From: Malacoraja senta
Taxonomy: Eukaryota
Reading direction: 5' to 3'
Assembly (NCBI GenBank): GCA_038087875.1
Contig: CM075988.1
Location: 20,958,001-21,022,000, forward strand
Length of the DNA stretch: 64,000 nucleotides
Every line of letters starts with the position of its first letter. Positions within the stretch are counted from its first letter, which is position 1. This document shows, piece after piece, positions 49,985 to 61,000 of this stretch. Below the pieces are notes generated by a model, which was not told the DNA's origin, made no database searches, and saw nothing but the letters and a program-made list of their open reading frames with translations. The position numbers and the translations under genes are program-made.

Positions 49985-52900
49985 CAGGGGGTGGGGATGG
50001 TGTGGTAGGGAAGTGTGGATCCTATAAGCGGCTTTATAGACATATTGAACGGTTGGGGGGAGGGACTCAAATAGAGGAAGCTTGTAGACGGTGTGTGAGG
50101 CAGGAGGCAGAGAAGGGAAGCACTCAGACCCAACAGGTAGGGGGGAAAGAAGAAAAAAATAATAAACAGAGAATAAGAGGTGGTGGGTTTCTTAAATGTG
50201 TGAGCAGAGAGACAGAGGGGTGTAAAATGAGGGTAGAAGCAATAGGTAACAAGGTGAAAAGTAAATGTGGCAGGCAGACAAATCCTGCGCAAAAATCAAA
50301 AAGGGCCACTTTTCAACATAATTGTATAAGGGGTAAGAGCGTTGTAAAAACAAGCCTGAAGGCTTTGTGTCTCAATGCAAGGAGCATTCGTACTAAGGTG
50401 GATGAGTTGAATGTGCAGATAGCTATTAATGACTATGATATAGTTGGGATCACGGAGACATGGCTCCAGGGTGACCAAGGCTGGGAGCTCAACTATTCAA
50501 TATTCAGGAGGGATAGACAGAAAGGAAAATGAGGTGGGGTAGAGTTGCTGGTTAGAGAGGAGATTAACGCAATGGAAAGGAAGGATATTAGCTTGGAGGA
50601 TGTGGAATCGATATGGGTAGAGCTACGAAACACTAAGGGGCAGAAAACGCTAGTGGATGTTGTGTACAGGCCACGTAGCAGTAGTAGTGGAGTTGGGGAT
50701 GGCATCAAACAGGAAATTAGAAATGCGTGCAACAAAGGTAAAACAGTTATAATGGGTGACTTCAATCTACATATAGATTGGGTGAATCAAATTGGCAGGG
50801 GTGCTGAGGAAGAGGATTTCTTGGAATGTATGCGGGATAGTTTTCTAAACCAACATGTAGAGGAACCAACAAGAGAGCAGTTTATTCTAAACTGGGTATT
50901 GAGTAATGAGGAAGGGTTAGTTAGCAGTCTTGTTGTGCGTGGCCCCTTGGGCAAGAGTGACCATAATATGGTTGAGTTCTTCATTAGAATGGAAAGTGAC
51001 ATTGTTAATTCAGAAACAAGGGTTCTGAACTTAAAGAAAGGTAACTTTGAGGGTATGAGACGTGAATTGGCCAAGATTGACTGGCAATTTATTCTTAAAG
51101 GGTTGACGTTGGATATGCAATGGAAGGCATTTAAAGACTGCATGGATGAACTACAAAAATTGTTCATCCCAGTTTGGCAAAAGAATAAATCAGGGAAGGT
51201 AGTGCATCCGTGGATAACAAGGGAAATCAGGGATAGTATCAAAACAAAAGATGAAGCGTACAAATTAGCCAGAAAAAGCAGCCTACCAGAGGACTGGAAT
51301 TCAGTCCACCAGAGGAGGACAAAGGGCTTAATTAGGAAAGGGAAAATAGATTATGAAAGAAAACTGGCAGCAAACATAAAAACTGACTGCAAAAGTTTTT
51401 ATAGATATGTGAAGAGAAAGAGATTAGTTAAAACAAATGTAGGTCCCTTGCAGTCAGAAACAGGTGAATTGATCATGGGGAACAAGGACATGGCAGACCA
51501 ATTGAATAACTACTTTGGTTCTGTCTTCAATAAGGAAGACATAAATAATCTGCCAGAAATAGCAGGGGACCGCGGGTCAAATGAGATAGAGGAACTGAGT
51601 GAAATGCAGGTTAGCCGGGAAGTGGTGTTAGGTAAATTGAATGGATTAAAGGCCGATAAATCCCCAGGGCCAGATAGGCTACATCCCAGAGTACTTAAGG
51701 AAGTAGCCCCAGAAATAGTGGATGCATTAGTGATAATTTTTCAAAACTCCTTAGATTCTGGAGTAGTTCCTGAGGATTGGAGGGTAGCTAATGTAACCCC
51801 CCTTTTTAAAAAGGGAGGGAGAGAAAAAATGGGGAATTACAGACCAGTTAGTCTAACATCGGTAGTGGGGAAACTGTTAGAGTCAGTTATTAAAGATGGG
51901 ATAGCAGCACATTTGGAAAGTGATGAAATCATTGGACAAAGTCAGCATGGATTTACGAAAGGTAAATCATGTCTGACGAATCTTGTAGAATTTTTCGAGG
52001 ATGTAACTAGTAGAGTGGATAAGGGAGAACCAGTGGATGTGTTATATCTGGACTTTCAGAAGGCTTTCGACAAGGTCCCACATAAGAGATTAGTATACAA
52101 ACTTAAAGCACACGGTATTGGGGGTTCAGTATTGATGTGGATAGAGAACTGGCTGGCAAACAGGAAGCAAAGAGTAGGAGTAAACGGGTCCTTTTCAGAA
52201 TGGCAGGCAGTGACTAGTGGGGTACCGCAAGGCTCAGTGCTGGGACCCCAGCTATTTACAATATATATTAATGATTTGGACGAGGGAATTGAATGCAACA
52301 TCTCCAAGTTTGCGGATGACACGAAGCTGGGGGGCAGTGTTAGCTGTGAGGAGGATGCTAGGAGGCTGCAAGGTGACTTGGATAGGCTGGGTGAGTGGGC
52401 AAATGCATGGCAGATGCAGTATAATGTGGATAAATGTGAGGTTATCCACTTTGGTGGCAAAAACAGGAAAGTAGACTATTATCTTAATGGTGGCCGATTA
52501 GGAAAAGGGGAGATGCAACGAGACCTGGGTGTCATTGAAAGTAGGCATGCAAGTGCAGCAGGCAGTGAAGAAAGCGAATGGTATGTTAGCATTCATAGCA
52601 AAAGGATTTGAGTATAGGAGCAGGGAGGTTCTACTGCAGTTGTACAGGGTCTTGGTGAGACCACACCTGGAGTATTGTGTACAGTTTTGGTCTCCAAATC
52701 TGAGGAAAGACATTCTTGCCATAGAGGGAGTACAGAGAAGGTTCACCAGATTGATTCCTGGGATGTCAGGACTTTCATATGAAGAAAGACTGGATAGACT
52801 TGGCTTGTACTCGCTAGAATTTAGAAGATTGAGGGGGGATCTTATAGAAACATACAAAATTCTTAAGGGGTTGGACAGGCTAGATGCAGGAAGATTGTTC

Positions 52901-53229
52901 CCGATGTTGGGGAAGTCCAGGACGAGGGGTCACAGTTTAAGGATTAAGGGGAAATCCTTTAGGACCGAGATGAGAAAAACATTTTTCACACAGAGAGTGG
53001 TGTATCTCTGGAACTCTCTGCCACAGAAGGTAGTTGAGGCCAGTTCATTGGCTATATTTAAGAGGGAGTTAGATGTGGCCCTTGTGGCGAAAGGGATCAG
53101 GGGGTATGGAGAGAAGGCAGGTACGGGATACTGAGTTGGATGATCAGCCATGATCATATTGAATGGCGGTGCAGGCTCGAAGGGCTGAATGGCCTACTCC
53201 TGCACCTATTTTCTATGTTTCTATGTTTC
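49985..53229 (+). mobile_element. CR1-clade LINE (HER1-like), 5'-truncated, near-complete ORF2
   Basis: APE endonuclease start (LNARSI..K..EL, GITETWL, GDFN, SDH), RT (YRPVSLTS, LDFQKAFDKV, GVPQGSVLGP, KFADD), CR1 C-terminus and (TTTCTATG)n tail; the 5' boundary is approximate. Confidence 0.93.
50360..53134 (+). pseudogene. CR1 ORF2 (endonuclease + reverse transcriptase) with lesions
   Basis: ORFs 50002-50532, 50545-52611 and 52529-53134 are consecutive parts of one ORF2, broken by a stop near 50530 and a frameshift near 52530. Confidence 0.9.
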
Positions 53230-54045
53230 TATATAGACTCAGACAACTGATCTAATAGAGGTACAAAATCATGAGAGAAATAGACTGGGTAGACGCACAG
53301 AGACTCTGCCCCGAGTAGGGAAATCGGGAACCGGAGGTTTAAGGTGAAGCTGGATAGATTTATTAGGAATCTGAGGGGTACCTTTTTCACACAAACGTTG
53401 GTAGGTGTATGGAACGAGCTGCCAGAGGACGTAGTTGAGACAGGGTCTATTGCAACATTTAAGAAACAATTGGACAGGTACATGGATAGGACAGGTTTGG
53501 AGGGATATGAACTAGATGCAGGCAGGTGGGATTAGTGTAGATGGGACATGATGATCGGTGTGGGCAAGTTGGGCTGAAGGGCCTGTTTCCACGCTGTATG
53601 AATCTATGACTCTGTGACAACACACAAAAACATAAAATATATTTAAATGACACATTAATTCCAAAGTTAATTAGCTTCTGTAAAAACAGTTGCGACTGCC
53701 TCACAGCGCCGGCTCAATCCTGATCTCAGGTGCTGTCTCTGCAGTGTTTGCACAATCTCCCTGTGACCACACGGGCTTCCTCTGGGTGCTCGGTTTCCAC
53801 TCACAACCCATAGATGTGCAGGTTTGTAGGTTAGTTGGCCATCTGTAAATTGTCCCTGGTGTGTAGGGAGTGGATGGGAAAGTGGGATAACATGGAACTA
53901 GTGTGCACAGGCCCTTCGGCCCACGGAGTCCATGGCAACCATCCTACATTGGGTGATCCATGGTTGGTGTGGACTCCGTGGGCCGGAAGGCTGTATCTCT
54001 AACCTTAACTGAACGTATTGGTTCCTATGGCAACTGTGAGAGATT

Positions 54046-54068
54046 GAAACTGAACTGTTTCAGTTTCA
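54046..54068 (-). promoter_or_regulatory. ISRE/IRF-binding-like motif cluster
   Basis: GAAACTGAAAC on minus (54057-54067) abutting GAAACTGAACT on plus (54046-54056), in non-repetitive-looking sequence. Confidence 0.35.
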
Positions 54069-54533
54069 GTATTCAATGATCTAATCTCAACCACATCCAG
54101 CAGATAAGACTGAATGTGATGAAGCATATCAAAGCAAAGATCCGGTTGTTTCCTGTTTTTCGGTTCACTTACGTATTTTGCGCAGATATTGAGTTCAATG
54201 TGAAATGATTTCTGGAGGGCCAGTACTAAAATCCACTGCTCATCCCTGACCTCAGTCTGAATGATGGGCAGGGTCTCAGAAGATTGGTCATATAATCATA
54301 CAGCATGGAAACAGGCCCTTGGGCCCAACTTGCCCACGCTGACCAACATGCCCCAACTACACTAGGCTGTGACCTGTGTGGGTTTTCCCCGAAATCTTCA
54401 GTTTCCTCCCACACTCCAAAGACGTACAGGTTTGCAGGTTAATTGGCTTGGTATTAAAATGTAAAATTGTCCCTAGTGTGTGTAGGATAGTGTTAATGTG
54501 TGGGGATCGCTGGTCGGCGCGGACCCGGTGGGC

Positions 54534-54728
54534 CAGGGATGTCAAACGCGCGGCCCACGAAGGGGTCCGATCCGGCCCGCGGGATGATTTCTCCGATGCC
54601 AGAGCGGGCTGCAGCTGTCCCCGGTGCCGTATCGTACTGCGTTCGTGCGTGCACGGGACCATCCGACGCGCATGAAGTCGCATTTTGCCCGTAACCTAAA
54701 ATGAGTTACAATGAGTTTGAAAACCCTG
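54534..54728. mobile_element. hAT-family MITE inserted in an HE1 SINE
   Basis: TIRs CAGGGATGTCAAAC / GTTTGAAAACCCTG; perfect 8-bp TSD CGGTGGGC (54526-54533, 54729-54736). Confidence 0.88.
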
Positions 54729-55749
54729 CGGTGGGCCAAAGAGCCTGTTTCCGCGCTGTATCTCTAAACTGAACGAAACTAGAAGGCCTAGCTACAAATT
54801 GAGAGGGACAAAGTTTAAGGATGTACAGGGAAAGTATTTTTACAGAGTTTTAGGTGCCTGGAACCCACTGCCAGGGATGATGGTGGAGTCAGTAGCATTC
54901 AGGAGACTTTTAGATAGGCAGGGAATGGAGGGGTAGGGATTCCATGGAGGCAGAAGAGAGTAGTTCACCTTGGCCATTGTGTTCGTCACAGTCAGCGTGG
55001 GCCAAAGGGCCTGCTCCTGTGCTGTACTTCTGTGCACAAGGCTAGTCAAGGTACAATGATTCCATGCCTTAGCCTCAAGGGCACCGCTGGTATTTGTGAA
55101 ATGCATTTTAAATGTCTGCTCACAACAAAAAAACTGGCACAAAATGTCTCCCACCCACCACGAAAAAATGTTATCAAATAACCCTGACATTTAAAGCAGG
55201 CAAGAAAAAAGGTTAACAGAAAAGAGTTGGCTGAGGTAATCTACCTGAAGCAGTTTGCAGCATTATCCATCCCTTTAAACATATCTGTGTTAAGTTTTTT
55301 GATACTTTAATCCCCTCAAATGCACACTAGTAACCAACAAAGAAAACATGTTAGATTCTCCTTGGTTCTTTGACAAGAAAAGCAGCTATAGAATTGGCTT
55401 TGACCTCTGCATGTCATTCTGCCTCATCTATAATGGCGAATATTTGGACTGCAATAAAGTGTGCTTCATTTCAGCTTTCCCCAGCCCAACAATAATTGAG
55501 CCAAATGTCAACAGGAGTGATAGAATTGGATAGAAACAATGATCGGACTATTATAGAGTCAGCTACTGATGACCATGGTCACTGAACCAGATAATGATCG
55601 CTGCTAGATCACGAGAGAGCTGGATTATCCTTGCCCGCTAGACTGTCTGTTCAATGCTAATCGCCCATAGACCATTAAAACACTGCACGCAGACCACTAT
55701 AAAATCAAACTAAAAACTCCAAAGGCAGCTAGATGCAGGAGTTGCAAAT

Positions 55750-56148
55750 CAACTCAAGAATTCAAGTCGGCTTTGGGCTACACAGTTGAATTCTGTGTCG
55801 GTTTCCGACTCGCGTCATTATAAGGTCATAAGTGATGGGAACAGAATTAGGCCATTCGGCCCATCAAGTCTACTCCACCATTCAATCATGGCTGATCTAT
55901 ATCTCCCCCCTAACCCCATTCTCCCGCCTTCTCCCCGTAACTCCTGACACCCACTTCTATCCGATTTTGTAATTCGCAATTGTATCCGCTTCTATGTCTC
56001 CGTCTGGCAACTCAAGAATTCAAGTCGGCTTTGGGCTACACAGTTGAATTCTGTGTCGGTTTCCGACTCGCGTCATTATAAGGTCATAAGTGATGGGAAC
56101 AGAATTAGGCCATTCGGCCCATCAAGTCTACTCCACCATTCAATCATG
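55750..56148 (+). repeat. 141-bp direct duplication
   Basis: 55750-55890 and 56008-56148 read the same by eye. Confidence 0.9.
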
Positions 56149-56404
56149 TGGAATTCCCGATGTGGAATGACTACACTCTGAGTGAAAAAGTTGCCCCTGA
56201 GCTTCCACTTAAATCTCTCCCCCCTCACCTGAAGCCTGTGCCCTCTAGTTTTAGAATCCTCTAACCCTGGGATAAAGACTGCGAGCATTCTACAAGAGTC
56301 CACAAACTCAAGAAGATCTTCCTTGCCTTCTACCACTCGGGTTGGGTATTTGAATCTTGCAGTGAGGTTGCGAAGGTGCAATTTGCACAGGTGAAAGAGG
56401 AGAG

Positions 56405-56631
56405 TATCGAATTATTCTTATAATGAGGCTCGTACAACGACGTAATCGGAGTCTGTCTTTATTTAGCAACTCACTACAGCAGCTGCCTCGTGCTGCATCC
56501 CCAGGCCCTGCTGCTAGGCCTCTCCCCGGTTACGCCCACAGCCCCACCTTCAGGCCGGATGCCGTCACTGCAGCCTGACCACTGGCAGCAGAATAAAGGC
56601 ATTCCTTACTCTATTATTCCATAATACCACA
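56405..56631 (-). repeat. 3' LTR of the Gypsy element
   Basis: Same as 60774-61000 except one substitution (ccccAggccc vs ccccGggccc); preceded on the minus strand by the polypurine tract AAAGAAAGGGAGA (56632-56644). Confidence 0.95.
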
Positions 56632-56742
56632 TCTCCCTTTCTTTGAGAACAAAGGGTGGACTACCTTTGTCTCTGCAGGTCTTAAGGGGTTTATTCTGCC
56701 CTTTTGCTGAAAGACCTGTCCCTGATCAAACAAATCAATAAA

Positions 56743-59700
56743 TCACCAATCAAGTCTCTGCGGCTTTCTAACCTCTCTCCCACACCTGGTCCGCACAGGC
56801 TCTGTGGTGGGGCCCTCTCTGCTGGGTGATGTTGTCACTGGTGGAGCTGGCTCTGGTGTAGGTGAATCTTCTCCCACCGGTGGCTCATCAGCATCGACTA
56901 CCCCACTGTTGGTCTGCAGCGGCACCAAGTGATGCCGGTTCCTCCTCAGTGTGCCCTGAGGCACCTGGACGATATAAGAGCGAGGGGTGTTGTGTGTAGA
57001 TAGCACTGTGCCCTGGACTCGTGCATCGGTGATCCACACATCCTCCCCAGGTACGAGTGGCTCCAGGTTTCTCGCTCCGTGCCTCTTGTCGAAGGATCTT
57101 GCGTCGTTCCTCCTCTTCTCCCTTTCTTTGGCCCCCAGCGCGTTGTAGTCAGGCAAAACTGGATTCAGCAGGGTTGGAAGGGCAGGAACTGTAGTGCGGA
57201 GGCGGCGCCCCATCAACAGCTCGGCCGGGCTATAGCCGTTCTGTAGAGGGGTTGCTCTGTAGGCCAGCAATGCAAGATATGGGTCTGATGCCTTTGTTAG
57301 CAGGTTTTTCACGGTTTGTACAGCGCGTTCCGCCTCCCCATTGCTCTGAGGAAACTTGGGGCTGCTCGTGATGTGCACAAAGCCATACTCTGCTGCAAAG
57401 GCTTTAAAGTGGCTACCTGAGAACTGGGGCCCATTGTCACTTTTAAGAAATTCCCCAATTCCATGACGACAAAACATGGATTTCAGGTGCACCACCACAT
57501 CTGTGGACCTTGTGTGTGTCAGCAGCGCAACTTCCACATACCTTGAGAAATAATCTACTACTAGTAGATAAGTCTTGTTTTTCAGCGTGAACAGGTCAGC
57601 TCCCAAGGTTTGCCAAGGCCTGTCTGGCATCTCCGTTGGCATCAGCGGCTCTTTGACGTTCCTTCTCTCTTGGATGCAGGTTCTACATTTCAGCACCATG
57701 TCATTCAGCTGGCTGCTGAGTCCTGGCCACCATACCGTCTGTTTGGCCCGGCCCCTGCACTTTGTCACCCCCAGGTGTCCCTCATGTAGTCTCTGCAGCA
57801 CATCACCTTGTAAGGCTGTTGGGATGACGAGTCTCGTGCCCCGCAGCAGCAGCCCATCGTGCACAGTCAGCACTGCTCTATCAGCCCAGTAATGTCTCAG
57901 CACTCCCTGCAGTTGGCTTTTGTCGGGCCACCCGTCTGTGCAGTACTCCATCAGTGCAGAGCATGTGCTGTCTGCCTTCAGGTGCTCACGTAGGCTGCTC
58001 AGATAATCTCCACTGACAGGAATGTTGCTGATGACAGAGTCTACATAGATGTTGGTGTCCTCTAATAGGCTTATGTCTGTGTGTGCTCTTGCGGCTCTCA
58101 GAGGAGCACGAGATAAGGTGTCGGCTGTCCACAGGCTTTTGCCAGGGACATGATTGACTGTATAGTTGTACCTCATGAGTCTCATCCTAAATCTTTGGAT
58201 TCTTGGTGGGAGGTCATCCAAAGCTTTCCTTCCCAGCAGACTCACCAACGGCTTATGGTCAGTTTCCAGCTCGAATGGTCTTCCCAGGATGAAACAGCTG
58301 AACCTTTCACATGCCCACGTTGCAGCCAATGCCTCCTTCTCTACTTGAGCATAGCGCTGCTCTGTTGGCGTCATTGACCTGGACGCATATGCCACAGGTG
58401 ACCACATGGCATCGCTCTTCTGCAGCAGGACTGCCCCCAGGCCAAAGGAAGAAGCATCAGCAGAGATCTTTAAAGCACTGTTTGGGTTGTATAATGTGAG
58501 CACTGGTGTGGATGACAGCTCTGTTTTTAACTGATCAAAGGCGGCCTGCTGCTCTGTCCCCCAGTACCAGTGGTTCTTCTTGGACAGCAGGTCTCGTAGC
58601 ACTTTGTCTTTTTCAGCCAGGTTAGGCAAGAAGCGGCCCAGCTGATTGACCATGCCCAGAAAACTCCTGAGTTCGCTGACATTTTTGGGTGCATCCATCT
58701 CTTGTACTGCTCTCGTCTTCTCTGGATCTGGCTTCACTCCATCTGCTGAAATCACATGACCCAGGAATCTGACTGTGTGGCGTGTGAGCTCACATTTGTC
58801 CATGTTGAGCGTAATGCCGGCCTTTTGTGCCTTCTTTAGCACCGCATGTAGCCGCACATCATGCTCCTCCTGCGTCTGTCCCCAGACCAGGATGTCGTCC
58901 ATGTGACACAGTACCCCCTCCAGGCCACCGGTCACTTCTGTCACCATCATCCTTTGAAAGTGCTCGGGGGCTGATGCTATGCCAAAGGGTAGACGGTTAA
59001 AATAGTAGCGCCCATAAGGCGTGATGAAGGTGGTGTATTTGGCAGACTCTTTTGTCAATGGTACTTGCCAAAAGCCCATGTTGGCATCTAATTTGCTGAA
59101 GACTGTTGCGCCAGCTAGCATGCCCAGAGTGTGCTCGACAGAAGGCAGGATAAACTTTTCTCTGCATACTGATTCATTCATCATTGTGAAATCCACACAA
59201 ATGCGAACATCACCTGCTTTTTTCGGCACCACCACCATCCCGGCACACCAATCAGTCGGCTCCTCAATCTTGGTGATTACGCCCATCTTCTCCATACGGT
59301 CTATCTCCTCCTTCACTTTTCCCATAAGCGGCAGAGGGACTCTGCGTGGTGTGTGGAGAGAGAAGGGCACAGCCTCTGGCTTTAATTTAATTGAGTATGG
59401 CCTCAGAACAAGACCCAAGCCGCTACACAGCTTCGGATATTGTTGTTTCATTGATTCCATGGTGATGCTGTCAACCCTGCACACAAGCTGAAGCTGTTCT
59501 ATGGCAGGCCTTCCCAACAGTGCAGTGTGCAGGTCTTTTACTACATAAATGTTCTCTATGGCTGTCTTTTTGCCTCTGCGCAGTGTTTCTCTGGCTACAC
59601 CTAGGACAGAGAGTGCATTGCCCCCTGGCCCAAACAACGGGCGTGTCGGCACTGCCAGGCGCTTCACATCATGCCCCCCTGTAATGTCATGGTACACCTC

Positions 59701-60678
59701 GGCTGGCATGGCGGTGACATCAGCACCAGTGTCTATTTTAAAGCACACTTTTTTTTGTCTCACTTGTAGCTGCACCGTCCACGGGTCTTTTCCAGCATCC
59801 ACGGCTCCCAGGAAAAAGCTCTCTTCTTCCTCTGTAGTGACAGCATTCAGAGATTTTGCACTGTTTCTGCACACTTTGCCATAATGTCCCTTTTTGCCAC
59901 AGTTGTGACACACAGCATCTTTAGCAGGGCATTCCCATTTTCCATGCGAGGGCATTTTTCCACATCTATAACAGGCCTTTGAACCTGGCTGTGGCCGTAT
60001 ATTAAGTTTATTTTTGCCTGGTGTTTGTGCTTGTGGCTGAGGCTTTGAGGGAAATTTGGGTTTTCTGTAGCTTTTAGCATGCACAGCATCAACATTTGAG
60101 CACTTGCTAGCACCGCCATTTTCTCCTCTTAAGTCAGACCGCTGTCGTCTAACTTCTTCAGACTGCCTTGTCTTTGTTATCGCAGTTCCAAGGGTTAGGT
60201 CTCTGTCTAGCTGTAGCTTTTCTGACAATGAGACGTTTCTCAGCCCGACCACTAACCTGTCGCGGATCAGCTCGTTCTGTAACTGTCCATAGTTGCAGTG
60301 TTCAGCTAATCCGTATAGAGCAGTGATGAAGGAATCCACCGTTTCTTCTGGCAGTTGCACACGCTGATTGAACTTGGCTCTTTCGTAGATTACATTCTTT
60401 TTAGGCACAAAAAATGCATCAAAGCCAGCCTTAACATCCGTGTACACCTTCCTCTCATCTGCAGTTAGCGTTAGCCCCTTTAGCACATCTTCGGCTTCAT
60501 CACCCATGCAGTACACTAACGTGTTCACCTGGTTTTCTTCCGACGTTGCGTTTAAGTTGCTTGCAAGCCGAAAGCGGTCGAATCTCCTGATCCAACGCTC
60601 CCATTCTTGAGGCTTGGTAAAATCGAATGGCTCTGGAGGTTGTATTGTGAACGTAGCAGTTGGTGTAGGTTGCACCAT
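56743..60678 (-). CDS. Gag-Pol polyprotein (Gag with CCHC knuckles, aspartic protease, RT, RNase H, integrase)
   Basis: 1311 aa. CYRCGK..H...C and CHNCGKKGHYGKVC knuckles; protease IDTGAD; RT LPFG and HMDD; RNase H ADASSFGLGAVL; integrase HEGH...CRTC, ADLF / SDNGPQF / SNGEAER. The PR-RT-RH-IN order is that of Gypsy. Confidence 0.97.
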   Translation of the reverse strand: MVQPTPTATFTIQPPEPFDFTKPQEWERWIRRFDRFRLASNLNATSEENQVNTLVYCMGDEAEDVLKGLTLTADERKVYTDVKAGFDAFFVPKKNVIYERAKFNQRVQLPEETVDSFITALYGLAEHCNYGQLQNELIRDRLVVGLRNVSLSEKLQLDRDLTLGTAITKTRQSEEVRRQRSDLRGENGGASKCSNVDAVHAKSYRKPKFPSKPQPQAQTPGKNKLNIRPQPGSKACYRCGKMPSHGKWECPAKDAVCHNCGKKGHYGKVCRNSAKSLNAVTTEEEESFFLGAVDAGKDPWTVQLQVRQKKVCFKIDTGADVTAMPAEVYHDITGGHDVKRLAVPTRPLFGPGGNALSVLGVARETLRRGKKTAIENIYVVKDLHTALLGRPAIEQLQLVCRVDSITMESMKQQYPKLCSGLGLVLRPYSIKLKPEAVPFSLHTPRRVPLPLMGKVKEEIDRMEKMGVITKIEEPTDWCAGMVVVPKKAGDVRICVDFTMMNESVCREKFILPSVEHTLGMLAGATVFSKLDANMGFWQVPLTKESAKYTTFITPYGRYYFNRLPFGIASAPEHFQRMMVTEVTGGLEGVLCHMDDILVWGQTQEEHDVRLHAVLKKAQKAGITLNMDKCELTRHTVRFLGHVISADGVKPDPEKTRAVQEMDAPKNVSELRSFLGMVNQLGRFLPNLAEKDKVLRDLLSKKNHWYWGTEQQAAFDQLKTELSSTPVLTLYNPNSALKISADASSFGLGAVLLQKSDAMWSPVAYASRSMTPTEQRYAQVEKEALAATWACERFSCFILGRPFELETDHKPLVSLLGRKALDDLPPRIQRFRMRLMRYNYTVNHVPGKSLWTADTLSRAPLRAARAHTDISLLEDTNIYVDSVISNIPVSGDYLSSLREHLKADSTCSALMEYCTDGWPDKSQLQGVLRHYWADRAVLTVHDGLLLRGTRLVIPTALQGDVLQRLHEGHLGVTKCRGRAKQTVWWPGLSSQLNDMVLKCRTCIQERRNVKEPLMPTEMPDRPWQTLGADLFTLKNKTYLLVVDYFSRYVEVALLTHTRSTDVVVHLKSMFCRHGIGEFLKSDNGPQFSGSHFKAFAAEYGFVHITSSPKFPQSNGEAERAVQTVKNLLTKASDPYLALLAYRATPLQNGYSPAELLMGRRLRTTVPALPTLLNPVLPDYNALGAKEREKRRNDARSFDKRHGARNLEPLVPGEDVWITDARVQGTVLSTHNTPRSYIVQVPQGTLRRNRHHLVPLQTNSGVVDADEPPVGEDSPTPEPAPPVTTSPSREGPTTEPVRTRCGREVRKPQRLDW

Positions 60679-60755
60679 ATCTGCCAGCTCATCTCACCTT
60701 TCTCCGCCAAAACGATACACTTTCCTCTTCTTCTTTTTTTTTTTCGCTTACAAGT

Positions 60756-60773
60756 ATCCCGTTTCTGACACCA
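60756..60773 (-). promoter_or_regulatory. Primer binding site (probably tRNA-Leu)
   Basis: TGGTGTCAGAAACGGGAT directly after the 5' LTR; close to the complement of the vertebrate tRNA-Leu(CAA) 3' end as recalled (TGGTGTCAGAAGTGGGAT). Confidence 0.75.
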
Positions 60774-61000
60774 TATCGAATTATTCTTATAATGAGGCTC
60801 GTACAACGACGTAATCGGAGTCTGTCTTTATTTAGCAACTCACTACAGCAGCTGCCTCGTGCTGCATCCCCGGGCCCTGCTGCTAGGCCTCTCCCCGGTT
60901 ACGCCCACAGCCCCACCTTCAGGCCGGATGCCGTCACTGCAGCCTGACCACTGGCAGCAGAATAAAGGCATTCCTTACTCTATTATTCCATAATACCACA
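60774..61000 (-). repeat. 5' LTR of the Gypsy element
   Basis: On the minus strand it starts TGTGGTATTA and ends TTCGATA, and is immediately followed by the PBS. Confidence 0.95.

Larger units (their letters stand above)
56405..61000 (-). mobile_element. Full-length Ty3/Gypsy LTR retrotransposon (Mag-like)
   Basis: Two 227-bp direct LTRs, 5-bp TSD GAGAG (56400-56404 / 61001-61005), PBS, PPT and an uninterrupted gag-pol ORF. Confidence 0.97.

Noticed and set aside
57575..60292. Several plus-strand ORFs within the Gypsy element
   Set aside because: Antisense shadows of the gag-pol ORF.
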